A stretch of 64,000 nucleotides of DNA. Source: Auanema rhodensis (lineage: Eukaryota; Animalia; Nematoda). Under the pieces are notes generated by a model that was not told the DNA's origin, ran no database searches, and saw only the letters and a program-made list of their open reading frames with translations. Shown piece by piece: positions 19,975-32,300 of the stretch. Position 1 is the stretch's first letter. Each line of letters begins with the position of its first letter. The stretch is taken from contig OZ059900.1 of NCBI GenBank assembly GCA_964057225.1, forward strand, positions 14,508,001 through 14,572,000, in the 5' to 3' direction. Both the position numbers and the translations under genes were made by a program.

Positions 19975-20341
19975 AATTTTTTTGTTTTGATTCATCGTTA
20001 TTGAATGTTATGCTATTTTTGTTTTCTTCAAAAAGTCGGATGAAGACGATAATTATTAGAAAAAAGATTGTTTTAAACTTTCTGCTTTTTCAAAAGTGGT
20101 TTGAGCTTGTGATTTTTTTTTAAATTTTCACACATTTCTATTTAATTTAAGTGTTCTATCTTAATTACGATGAAAAAAATTGAAACGTCAGCGTTAATCA
20201 ATTGTTCATTGTAACACCAAACTTCAATTAGCTCTTTGTGTAAAGTAGGCCATAAAACAAGATATGTTAGAGACAGTGTTTCATTTTTCTACTTTAATTC
20301 AAACTCACACTCTTAATGAAAGTTTCTAAGGGCAAATTCAA

Positions 20342-20413
20342 TCCTCGGTACTATAGTGGTGAGTATCCGCGTCTGTCACATGCGAGACCCGGGTTCAATT
20401 CCCGGCCGGGGAG
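20342..20413 (+). tRNA. tRNA-Asp(GTC) variant
   Basis: G10C. Confidence 0.85.
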
Positions 20414-20780
20414 AATGTTTTTGTTCTTATTCATCGTTATTGAATGTTATGCTATTTTTGTTTTCTTCAAAAAGTCGGATAAAAACGATAATTATTAGAA
20501 AAAAGATTGTTTTAAACTTTCTGTTTTTTCAAAAGTGATTTGAGCTTGTGTTTTTTTTCTAAATTGTTAAACATTTCCATTTAATTTAAATGTTCTATCT
20601 CAATTACGATGAAAAAAATTGAAACGTCAGCGTTAATCATTTGTTCATTCTAACACCAAACTTCAATTAGCTCTTTGAGTAAAGTAGGCCATAAATCAAG
20701 ATATGTTAGAGACAGTGTTTCATTTTTCTACTATAATTCAAACTCACACTCTTAATGAAAGTTTCTAAGTGCAAATTCAA

Positions 20781-20852
20781 TCGTCGGTAGTATAGTGGTG
20801 AGTATCCGCGTCTGTCACATGCGAGACCCGGGTTCAATTCCCGGCCGGGGAG
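20781..20852 (+). tRNA. tRNA-Asp(GTC) variant
   Basis: C3G. Confidence 0.85.
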
Positions 20853-21219
20853 AATGTTTTTGTTCTGATTCATCGTTATTGAATGTTAAGCTATTTTTGT
20901 TTTCTTCAAAAAGTCGGATAAAAACCATAATTATTAGAAAAAAGATTGTTTTAAACTTTCTGCTTTTTCAAAAGTGATTTGAGCTTGTGATTTTTTTTTA
21001 AATTTTCAAACATTTCTATTTAATTTAAGTGTTCTATATTAATTACGATGAAAAAAATTGAAACGTCAGCGTTAATCAATTGTTCATTGTAACACCAAAC
21101 TTCAATTAGCTCTTTGTGTAAAGTAGGCCATAAAACAAGATATGTTAGAGACAGTGTTTCATTTTTCTACTTTAATTCAAACTCACACTCTTAATGAAAG
21201 TTTCTAAGTGCAAATTCAA

Positions 21220-21291
21220 TCCTCGGTAGTATAGTGGTGAGTATCCGCGTCTGTCACATGCGAGACCCGGGTTCAATTCCCGGCCGGGGAG
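21220..21291 (+). tRNA. tRNA-Asp(GTC)
   Basis: Consensus copy. Confidence 0.95.
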
Positions 21292-21657
21292 AATGTTTTT
21301 GTTCTGATTCATCGTTATTGAATGTTATGCTATTTTTGTTTTCTTCAAAAAGTCGGATAAAAACGATAATTATTAGAAAAAAGATTGTTTTAAACTTTCT
21401 GCTTTTTCAAAAGTGATTTGAGCTTGTGATTTTTTTTAAATTCTTAAACATTTCCATTTAATTTAAATGTTCTATCTCAATTACGATGAAAAAAATTGAA
21501 ACGTCAGCGTTAATCAATTGTTCATTCTAACACCAAACTTCAATTAGCTCTTCGAGTAAAGTAGGCCATAAATCAAGATATGTTAGAGACAGTGTTTCAT
21601 TTTTCTACTTTAATTCAAACTCACACTCTTAATGAAAGTTTCTAAGTGCAAATTCAA

Positions 21658-21729
21658 TCCTCGGTAGTATAGTAGTGAGTATCCGCGTCTGTCACATGCG
21701 AGACCCGGGTTCAATTCCCGGCCGGGGAG
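21658..21729 (+). tRNA. tRNA-Asp(GTC) variant
   Basis: G18A. Confidence 0.85.
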
Positions 21730-22096
21730 AATGTTTTTGTTCTGATTCATCGTTATTGAATGTTATGCTATTTTTGTTTTCTTCAAAAAGTCGGATAAAA
21801 ACGATAATTATCAGAAAAAAGATTGTTTTAAACTTTCTGCTTTTTCAAAAGTGATTTGAGCTTGTGATTTTTTTTTAAATTTTCAAACATTTCTATTTAA
21901 TTTAAGTGTTCTATATTAATTACGATGAAAAAAATTGAAACGTCAGCGTTAATCAATTGTTCATTCTAACACCAAACTTCAATTAGCTCTTTGAGTAAAG
22001 TAGGCCATAAATCAAGATATGTTAGAGACAGTGTTTCATTTTTCTACTTTAATTCAAACTCACACTCTTAATGAAAGTTTCTAAGTGCAAATTCAA

Positions 22097-22168
22097 TCCT
22101 CGGTAGTATAGTAGTGAGTATCCGCGTCTGTCACATGCGAGACCCGGGTTCAATTCCCGGCCGGGGAG
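22097..22168 (+). tRNA. tRNA-Asp(GTC) variant
   Basis: G18A. Confidence 0.85.
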
Positions 22169-22535
22169 AATTTTTTTGTTCTGATTCATCGTTAGTGAAT
22201 GTTATGCTATTTTTGTTTTCTTCAAAAAGTCGGATAAAGACGATAATTATTAGAAAAAAGATTGTTTTAAACTTTCTGCTTTTTCAAAAGTGGTTTGAGC
22301 TTGTGATTTTTTTTTAAATTTTCAAACATTTCTATTTAATTTAAGTGTTCTATCTTAATTACGATGAAAAAAATTGAAACGTCAGCGTTAATCAATTGTT
22401 CATTGTAACACCAAACTTCAATTAGCTCTTTGTGTAAAGTAGGCCATAAAACGAGATATGTTAGAGACAGTGTTTCATTTTTCTACTTTAATTCAAACTC
22501 ACACTCTTAATGAAAGTTTCTAAGGGCAAATTCAA

Positions 22536-22607
22536 TCCTCGGTAGTATAGTGGTGAGTATCCGCGTCTGTCACATGCGAGACCCGGGTTCAATTCCCGGC
22601 CGGGGAG
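22536..22607 (+). tRNA. tRNA-Asp(GTC)
   Basis: Consensus copy. Confidence 0.95.
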
Positions 22608-22974
22608 AATGTTTTTGTTCTGATTCATCGTTATTGAATGTTATGCTATTTTTGTTTTCTTCAAAAAGTCGGATAAAAACGATAATTATTAGAAAAAAGA
22701 TTGTTTTAAACTTTCTGTTTTTTCAAAAGTGATTTGAGCTTGTGTTTTTTTTCTAAATTGTTAAACAGTTCCATTTAATTTAAATGTTCTATCTCAATTA
22801 CGATGAAAAAAATTGAAACGTCAGCGTTAATCATTTGTTCATTCTAACACCAAACTTCAATTAGCTCTTTGAGTAAAGTAGGTTATAAATCAAGATATGT
22901 TAGAGACAGTGTTTCATTTTTCTACTATAATTCAAACTCACACTCTTAATGAAAGTTTCTAAGTGCAAATTCAA

Positions 22975-23046
22975 TCGTCGGTAGTATAGTGGTGAGTATC
23001 CGCGTCTGTCACATGCGAAACCCGGGTTCAATTCCCGGCCGGGGAG
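22975..23046 (+). tRNA. tRNA-Asp(GTC) variant
   Basis: C3G; variable-loop G>A. Confidence 0.85.
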
Positions 23047-23413
23047 AATGTTTTTGTTCTGATTCATCGTTATTGAATGTTATGCTATTTTCGTTTTCTT
23101 CAAAAAGTCGGATAAAAACGATAATTATCAGAAAAAAGATTGTTTTAAACTTTCTGCTTTTTCAAAAGTGATTTGAGCTTGTGATTTTTTTTTAAATTTT
23201 CAAACTTTTCTATTTAATTTAAGTGTTCTATATTAATTACGATGAAAAAAATTGAAACGTCAGCGTTAATCAATTGTTCATTGTAACACCAAACTTCAAT
23301 TAGCTCTTTGTGTAAAGTAGGCCATAAAACAAGATATGTTAGAGACAGTGTTTCATTTTTCTACTTTAATTCAAACTCACACTCTTAATGAAAGTTTCTA
23401 AGTGCAAATTCAA

Positions 23414-23485
23414 TCCTCGGTAGTATAGTGGTGAGTATCCGCGTCTGTCACATGCGAGACCCGGGTTCAATTCCCGGCCGGGGAG
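23414..23485 (+). tRNA. tRNA-Asp(GTC)
   Basis: Consensus copy. Confidence 0.95.
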
Positions 23486-23852
23486 AATGTTTTTGTTCTT
23501 ATTCATCGTTATTGAATGTTATGCTATTTTTGTTTTCTTCAAAAAGTCGGATAAAAACGATAATTATTAGAAAAAAGATTGTTTTAAACTTTCTGTTTTT
23601 TCAAAAGTGATTTGAGCTTGTGTTTTTTTTCTAAATTGTTAAACATTTCCATTTAATTTAAATGTTCTATCTCAATTACGATGAAAAAAATTGAAACGTC
23701 AGCGTTAATCATTTGTTCATTCTAACACCAAACTTCAATTAGCTCTTTGAGTAAAGTAGGCCATAAATCAAGATATGTTAGAGACAGTGTTTCATTTTTC
23801 TACTATAATTCAAACTCACACTCTTAATGAAAGTTTCTAAGTGCAAATTCAA

Positions 23853-23924
23853 TCGTCGGTAGTATAGTGGTGAGTATCCGCGTCTGTCACATGCGAGACC
23901 CGGGTTCAATTCCCGGCCGGGGAG
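23853..23924 (+). tRNA. tRNA-Asp(GTC) variant
   Basis: C3G. Confidence 0.85.
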
Positions 23925-24291
23925 AATGTTTTTGTTCTGATTCATCGTTATTGAATGTTATGCTATTTTTGTTTTCTTCAAAAAGTCGGATAAAAACGAT
24001 AATTATTAGAAAAAAGATTGTTTTAAACTTTCTGCTTTTTCAAAAGTGATTTGAGCTTGTGATTTTTTTTTAAATTTTCAAACATTTCTATTCAATTTAA
24101 GTGTTCTATATTAATTACGATGAAAAAAATTGAAACGTCAGCGTTAATCAATTGTTCATTGTAACACCAAACTTCAATTAGCTCTTTGTGTAAAGTAGGC
24201 CATAAAACAAGATATGTTAGAGACAGTGTTTCATTTTTCTACTTTAATTCAAACTCACACTCTTAATGAAAGTTTCTAAGTGCAAATTCAA

Positions 24292-24363
24292 TCCTCGGTA
24301 GTATAGTGGTGAGTATCCGCGTCTGTCACATGCGAGACCCGGGTTCAATTCCCGGCCGGGGAG
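24292..24363 (+). tRNA. tRNA-Asp(GTC)
   Basis: Consensus copy. Confidence 0.95.
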
Positions 24364-24729
24364 AATGTTTTTGTTCTGATTCATCGTTATTGAATGTTAT
24401 GCTATTTTTGTTTTCTTCAAAAAGTCGGATAAAAACGATAATTATTAGAAAAAAGATTGTTTTAAACTTTCTGCTTTTTCAAAAGTGATTTGAGCTTGTG
24501 ATTTTTTTTAAATTCTTAAACATTTCCATTTAATTTAAATGTTCTATCTCAATTACGATGAAAAAAATTGAAACGTCAGCGTTAATCAATTGTTCATTCT
24601 AACACCAAACTTCAATTAGCTCTTCGAGTAAAGTAGGCCATAAATCAAGATATGTTAGAGACAGTGTTTCATTTTTCTACTTTAATTCAAACTCACACTC
24701 TTAATGAAAATTTCTAAGTGCAAATTCAA

Positions 24730-24801
24730 TCCTCGGTAGTATAGTGGTGAGTATCCGCGTCTGTCACATGCGAGACCCGGGTTCAATTCCCGGCCGGGGA
24801 G
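24730..24801 (+). tRNA. tRNA-Asp(GTC)
   Basis: Consensus copy. Confidence 0.95.
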
Positions 24802-25168
24802 AATGTTTTTGTTCTGATTCATCGTTATTGAATGTTATGCTATTTTTGTTTTCTTCAAAAAGTCGGATAAAAACGATAATTATTAGAAAAAAGATTGTTT
24901 TAAACTTTCTGTTTTTTCAAAAGTGATTTGAGCTTGTGTTTTTTTTCTAAATTGTTAAACATTTCCATTTAATTTAAATGTTCTATCTCAATTACGATGA
25001 AAAAAATTGAAACGTCAGCGTTAATCATTTGTTCATTCTAACACCAAACTTCAATTAGCTCTTTGAGTAAAGTAGGCCATAAATCAAGATATGTTAGAGA
25101 CAGTGTTTCATTTTTCTACTATAATTCAAACTCACACTCTTAATGAAAGTTTCTAAGTGCAAATTCAA

Positions 25169-25240
25169 TCGTCGGTAGTATAGTGGTGAGTATCCGCGTC
25201 TGTCACATGCGAGACCCGGGTTCAATTCCCGGCCGGGGAG
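25169..25240 (+). tRNA. tRNA-Asp(GTC) variant
   Basis: C3G. Confidence 0.85.
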
Positions 25241-25372
25241 AATGTTTTTGTTCTGATACATCGTTATTGAATGTTATGCTATTTTTGTTTTCTTCCAAAA
25301 GTCGAATTAAAAAGATAATTATTAGAAAAAAGGTTATTTTAAACTTTCTGTTTTTTCAAAAGTGATTTGAGC

Positions 25373-25743
25373 CGTTACATATTGTTTCTTCCCGTCTTTT
25401 CATGGTCGGAAGATATATGTACTTCTACCTTGTTCCTTAGGTAGGCAGACCCGAACGCCCCAATTTCCTTATCAAGACAAATACTTAAAGAGAAAAGGAT
25501 TCATTAAGAAAATACAATATAAGAATTACATTAAGAAAGAATATAAAGAGATATAATAAACTATTAAATAGAGTATATATATAGATGATATAGAGATGAT
25601 ACTCACATGACTATAAGACAACCTATCTGGGTTAGACCAGAAGCAAGAGTGCCATGTGTGTCCCATGTTGTGGGCGGGGCTTGTTCAGGCTCCCGCTATT
25701 TGAATAGCGCGCACATGTTTACCATGTGCTTGCAGATGTGACA
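25373..25743 (-). repeat. 3' LTR of Gypsy-B (371 bp)
   Basis: Minus strand TGTCACAT...ATGTAACG (terminal CA altered to CG), immediately after the PPT. Confidence 0.8.
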
Positions 25744-25755
25744 TCCCCCCACCTT
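25744..25755 (-). promoter_or_regulatory. Polypurine tract of Gypsy-B
   Basis: AAGGTGGGGGGA directly before TGT of the LTR. Confidence 0.85.
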
Positions 25756-26346
25756 AAAAAGTTGAACGTCCTCGTTCAAAAACAAAATAAATTAATTCAC
25801 TTTTTAAGATAGTTGGGTGTTGGAAAAAAAATCATGGTGTAGTGGATAAAAAAAAAGTGTATACAATACGATTTGAAAGTTTAGCTATCGTCTCTTCAAG
25901 TTTGTTGAATTCGAAATGTAGTATCGAGTAGATTCTATTCCATTCACTTGAGTAGTGAAATGCTTGCAAACGAGAGCTTTGCTTCTAAACCATTCGACTG
26001 TGATATAGTCGTTCATTTTCTCGAGTTGTACAGGTACGGTGTTACCCTGAGAATAGGTCGAGCCCGTTCTGTACAAAAAAATGAAAACTCGTTTAACCCG
26101 TATGACTAATGTCCATAAGGTGAATACAAGTAATGATTAAGCATAAAAAATAGCAAAATTCACAAGAGAATGTTGAAAAAAAAATCTACTCAATGAGAGT
26201 TGGAGTAATAAAACAAACTTTTGTAAAACAATAGCAGACTTCTCAGAAAAAATCAATCAACAACAAAGAAGTGGTACAATCAGAAATGGCACAAAATAAA
26301 ATAAAAAAATTTCAACAATTTGATTTTGTTAAAAAAAAAACTACCT

Positions 26347-29300
26347 TCAAGAAATTGTGATAACCGGAATAGATGTTGTCCGTTGGTAAGGTTTGACGAA
26401 GTCCTTGTGTACTCTTCTGCTTTTTCCTTTATCTGTTTGAACCACGACGAAAGATCTTTGAACTGCTGTAACTAAATAAGGCCCTTCGAATGAAGGTGTT
26501 AGTTTGTTTCGAGTAGAATTCACTTTTATCATAACTAAGTCATTAACCTGAATTTCTTTATTTTGTGTTCTATTTCGTGTATTGTAACGTTGTTCATTCT
26601 TCTTTGTGCATGTTTCAATTCTATCTTTTACTATATTAGATGTGCTTTCATTTTGTATTAGCGATCTATTGACAAAATCTTCTGTAGGATTGGCTGGTTC
26701 TTCAGTTTGAAGATTATTTCCAGGCAATTGATGGTCAATAGGAAGTCTTGCATCCCGACCAAATAATACAACATATGGACTAATAGATGTTGATGAGTTT
26801 GGTAACGTATTGATCGCAAACATAACTTTAGGTAGGTGTATATCCCAGTTAGTTTGTTGTTCATTCACGAATGAAGAGAGAGCTTCTTCTAAAGTTCTAT
26901 GAAGTCTCTCCACTTGTCCATTAGCATTTTTATGATATGGTAGCGTAGTAGTGTGTTTAATTCCAAATTGTTTACACATAGCTTGAAATTCAGATGACAA
27001 AAAGCTACTACCATTATCGGTTATCATACTCATTGGTGGTCCATATATGAAAACAAATCTAATTACAAACGCTTTTGTGATTTCAGTAGCCGTTTGTGTT
27101 ATTAATGGGCAAGTTGTTCCCCATTTACTAAAAGCATCTTGAATACTCAAGATGTATCGATGTCCATCATTAGTGCGAGGTAAAGGACCTAGTATATCTA
27201 CATGAATACGATCAAATGGCTTTTCGGGTATAACAAATCTTCCCATAGGTTGAATATACGATTGGTGTGGGTTAGATTTCCTACTTGCACATTTTGTACA
27301 ACGATTAATAAATTCAGTTATTTGTGGAACCATATTAGTCCAAAAGAATCGTCGTCGAATCGCATCAGTAGTTTTATTTATACCTAGGTGTGCACCAATT
27401 TTGGAATCTTCGTGAAAAAATTTGATGACAACATCAGTTATTTTGTCGTTTCGAGGCAAAATAATAGATGGTTTTAAATAATTTTTCGCTTGTTTTGCAT
27501 GTAATATGCCTTCTCGTTCTTCATACCGATCTGATATATTAGCCGGACAGTTATCATTATTAATTTGAGAAAGTGCTTCGCGAATCCAGGGAACTCCAGC
27601 TTGAACTTTCCGTATTTCTTCACAATTTAGTTGGTCAATAGAAGAAATAGTTGTAATATGAGCAATAAAAGCATCAACAGGTTTTACTTTGTCCTTTGGT
27701 TTAGTAGGACGACTGTCATTTGCTTCGTTTCCTATATACCTGGAGAGAGCATCACAGACACTGTTTAATTTGCCAGGACGATATTCAATCTTTATGTTGA
27801 AATCTTGTATCATTAGTTGATACTTGGCTAATCTACCTATGAGATCTTTACGCGACATTAAACTGGTTAATGGTCGGTGATCTGTGATAACTGTGGTAGG
27901 TACTCCTAATACATAGGTACGGAATTGTTGAAGAGCAAAGACTAAACCGAGTGCTTCAACTTCAATAGGAGGATATTTCCGTTCCGCTGGAGTCAACTTT
28001 CTACTAGCGAACGCAATCGGGTGTAATGGAGAATTTTTCTCTGCTGATTGCAATAAAACTGCTCCCACAGCGATCATACTGCCATCACTTTCTATAACAA
28101 AAGGTTGGTCTGCTTTAGGAGGTTTCAGTACAGGGGCAGTACACAGTGATGTTTTTAAAGTTTTAAATGCGTCTGCATGTTCCGATTTCCACTCAAAAGG
28201 AGTATCCTTATGTGTTAACTTATACAATGGCTCAGCTATTCCGGCATAATTTTGAATAAACCGTCGAAAATAGTTAGTCATACCTAGAAAGGATCTGACA
28301 GCCGTAACTGTACTTGGATTTGGAAATTCGGAAACAGCCTGTATCTTAGCAGGATCTGGTTTAACACCATTTCTACCTATTACAAAACCCAAAAACTTTA
28401 CTTCAGTGGCTGCAAAGCAACATTTAGATAACTTAATTTTTAACCCTAGTTCAGTGACCTTTTTCAGCACTTCTTGTATATCTCTTAAATGTTCATCAGC
28501 TGAGTTCGAAATTATTAGCAAATCATCTAGATATACAAACAGTTTGCATCTAACAAGAGATTGCAAGTATCGTACTGCGGATTGAAAAGTGTGTGGCGCT
28601 CCACACAATCCCATAGGCATTCGGCAATACTGATAGGTACCTGATGGAGTGGTAAAAGCAGTTAGGTGTCTATCTGAGCGTTTCAACGGTATTTGGAAGA
28701 AACCAGAAATGAGATCAAAATTCGAAAAGAACTGAGCTCCAGCCGCTAAGTCTATGATATCAGGAATGTGTGGGATGCTGTATGTTTGTTTCTTAGTAAC
28801 ACTATTCAATGCTCTAAAGTCAGTTACGAACCGGAAAGAATTATCTTTCTTTTTCACAAGAACAACTGGACTAGTGAAAGTAGCCGTCGAATTTTCGATT
28901 ATACCTTGCGACAACATTTCTTTCACTTGCCGTTCTACTTCTTCTTGCTTACCCAATGGTACTCTGTAAGATCTACTTTTTGGGAAATCCATATCGGATC
29001 TTATAGGAATGGCATGTTCTACTGGTCCGCAAAAGAGACCAATATTATGATCATGGTTGAAAAATGCCGTTTGGTTTTCCTTAATGATTGTGATCAGATT
29101 TTTCTTCATTTTATGGGACAGAGTGCAAGAATTGAAGTTCAAATCATCCAAAAGATGCTGAGGAAAAGTTGGTAACTTATCTTCCCAATCAGCTTCAGGT
29201 GGAACATAATCGTTCATAATTTCTTTAGATGCTATAAGTCCTGAACCAATGTGGTCATTTTTATTAATTTTAATTGGCTTTGAAGAATTGTTTGATACTA

Positions 29301-32300
29301 CCATAGTAATAGGAAAAGGTCCTATGGCGGCATCTGGAATTGAGATAGGACCTATGCTAGATTTTAAAAGAGCATATTGATCAAAATCTAATTCTGGTCC
29401 TGTTTGCAAAGATATGTGGGAGGTACTATGTGGTGGAACTGTTACTGTGGACAAACTTATGATATTTACTGTTTTAGTTGTGGTTTTATATGCAAAACAA
29501 CCAGGTTTTACTAAGGGTGTTTCCATATTACCAACAATCAACTTTCCTTTACATAGTTTTAATGTAGTAAATATCTCTCTTTCTTCCAACGTACGCATAA
29601 AATCAGTACCAAGTAACATTTGTCCTGGACAGTCATTGTCTTCAGATATTAAAAATTCGTGTTCCACTTGGTAACCTGCTATACCCACATCTAACTTGCA
29701 TTTTCCCACAAAGCGAAACTCTGATCCATTTGCAGTGGATGCAGATTTAGAATATTTTGTAAAATATTGTCTTCCAATATATGCCAATGTGGAGAACGGA
29801 ATATATGAGACAGTAGCTCCAGAATTCCATAATGCTAACAGTCCTCTACCTTCAATGTCAATATGAACAAACGGTAACAAGTGTCCATTTTTCTTTGTTG
29901 TTGTGTGACATACAAAAGGTATGGCTAAAGGAATGTAAGTTATGATGGTGGGAAAATAGCTCCGCATCAATTCATCACTAACTGTTTCATGAATCTCATC
30001 TCCCTCAAGTGGTGGAGCTGTTGGGCTCAACATGATATGGTTTATTTTTAACATAGAAGTAGGGGAGAGATAACATTTTATAGTGAAATATAATGCTATC
30101 ATTAGACATAATATCAGAGTTATACAACCGATGGTAATGAGTGTTCGTTCAATTGAACCTATACAAAAGTCAATGAACAGATCCCAATTGGAGAAAACAA
30201 TTTTCCTGGCATCTCTTATAAGTTTACTTCCTTTCAAGATGAAAGAGGAAATTTGAGGCCAATCACGTGAACGAGAAATTACGCGGAGAAGATCATGGTG
30301 AGGTGAAGTAGATAAACTATAACCATAAGTTAATCCAATAGATAGGGCTAAGGATTTTTCAGTCGAATTTTCAAACAAATTCCGCCCTGTGAATCGAAGT
30401 TTACTCAATTCAGCATAATGATCATGTTTTTCTGAATGAATACTATCTACTTTATGTGTGTCACCTTTATAATCTCTCCATGTTCCATTTTCATACCAAA
30501 TCTCTGTCTCTTTGTGTTCACAATTGATCTCATGTCCTTCAGTGCTCAAATCGTAGCTATCGATAGGAGCAAAGAATAATTGTTTATCGTGTGTTAAAAC
30601 AGGGGTCTCTGCATAACATTTATCATTGTAAGAATGATTACGATAAATGAAATGTGGTTCTATTTCCTGACAAGTTGTTATTTTTAAAACATTTCTTCCA
30701 ACAAATCGGGCAACGATATCATCCCGCTGAAGCATAGCTCTTACTCCTATTGTAGGATGTATACGTAATATAGCTTGCCAGCTTTTTACAGTTTCCATTT
30801 GAGATTTACAGATGGTATGAAACTGTTGATGAAATTCGTCAATTATGGAGAGACGCGCTTTCTCAAACCCATAATTCAACTTATTATCTATTATCGTTTT
30901 AGTTTTATGCTCTGATTTGTGGAGAACATTGTCATATACTTCTGCTACATACAACTCTCGACCTCTCTCGTACGCATTAGGGGTAGGAGTTGTTAAACTA
31001 CGAATTGTAGTTTTGGTGGAAGTTATTGGGGTTACAGTAGTATGCTGTACCATATTTTTATCAGTTGTGATTTGAGTTTTAACCCAACTTATGAATTCTA
31101 AAACTTCTGTTTTATTGAATTTAGGATTTTCCTGTGGGTATTCGATGGACTGTGGAGGAAATCCATAATATGCTGTACTATTCTTTGTATAAAGGTTGTG
31201 ATAGTCAGGCAGCTTGGATATAATTGCTAAATCTTGCTCTTGGTTATTTCTAACAGTAGCATCAGCTTTTTGTTGTCGACTGACTTGCATGTCACGAGAT
31301 ATTTGTTCTTTTCCCGATTGTTGTTGGATCATGAATAACATGCCTTGAGCAGTTGCAATAATTTCAGATTGATTCATATTTCCACTGCGTGGTAATATAG
31401 ATGGATATAAGGCTCTTGCCAACTGTTCGATTGATGGAACTGTTTGTGTACCATCAAGAATTGTGGCTTGATATACTACTGCGTGAGCCATTCCTCGAAA
31501 GAAATCTTCTATGGATGTTGTAGATTTCATCGAAGATCTTTTTAACCGAGGAACTTCTATACGACGAGCTACTTGAGTGATAAGATCATCCAATTTCATG
31601 CTATTAATCACCTGTCTAGTAGCCAGTTTAATTTCCTCTATACCCATACATTGTAAAATCAAAAGATTGGGGTCTTTGAAATTATTAGACTTTGCCCAGT
31701 TAGTTATGTGATCTTTTGTCAATCCTAAACTAACAATTGTGTCAATGAACAGTGGATTATCTATCGCGAATTGGAGCAAACTCTCATAAGATGATGTAGC
31801 TGCATATCTCATATATTTTGCGTAAAACTTAGTGATAGATGCAGATCCAAAAATGAAAGTAGGTCTTAGAAATGGAAACGCATATGGTTGGGATTTCGCA
31901 TTAACAAAAAGATAATCATCACTGAAAGAGCGATGTTTTTGAGGTAATGCATTACGTTTATTTCTGCGTCTATCAGCATTAAGCAAAGTATTGGAAAGAT
32001 CAAGCAAATTATAAACACGGGGATATGCTGTGAATCGGATAATTGCCTCAGAAGATGATTCAAAAACAGCGAATTCGAAACAAGATTGAACGTGAGCGGA
32101 TGTGGAATGATTTTGGAGAACAAAAGCGCTCTCAATAGAGTGAACTAGAAGAATATGATCACCCCACATGGCGGAGAAGGGGCCAAGTTTTTGATAGTGA
32201 CAGACAACTGATGGGATAGGTGGTTGCCAGATAACTGCACCTTCACCAGTTGCACAAAACCCTTCATTTCCTTTACAATTATCAGTATTTATAAATAAGT

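Larger units (their letters stand above)
18950..25372 (+). repeat. tRNA-Asp tandem array block, 15 tRNA copies, 438-439 bp period
   Basis: Head-to-tail near-identical units. Confidence 0.98.

Noticed and set aside
18950-25372. tRNA-derived SINE
   Set aside because: Units are head-to-tail with a complete tRNA and immediate T-run terminator; no A-tail or individual TSDs
25736-25743. Gypsy-B LTR end TGTCACAT matches the tRNA-Asp anticodon region
   Set aside because: Only 8 bp and largely dictated by the usual TGT.ACA LTR terminus; likely chance
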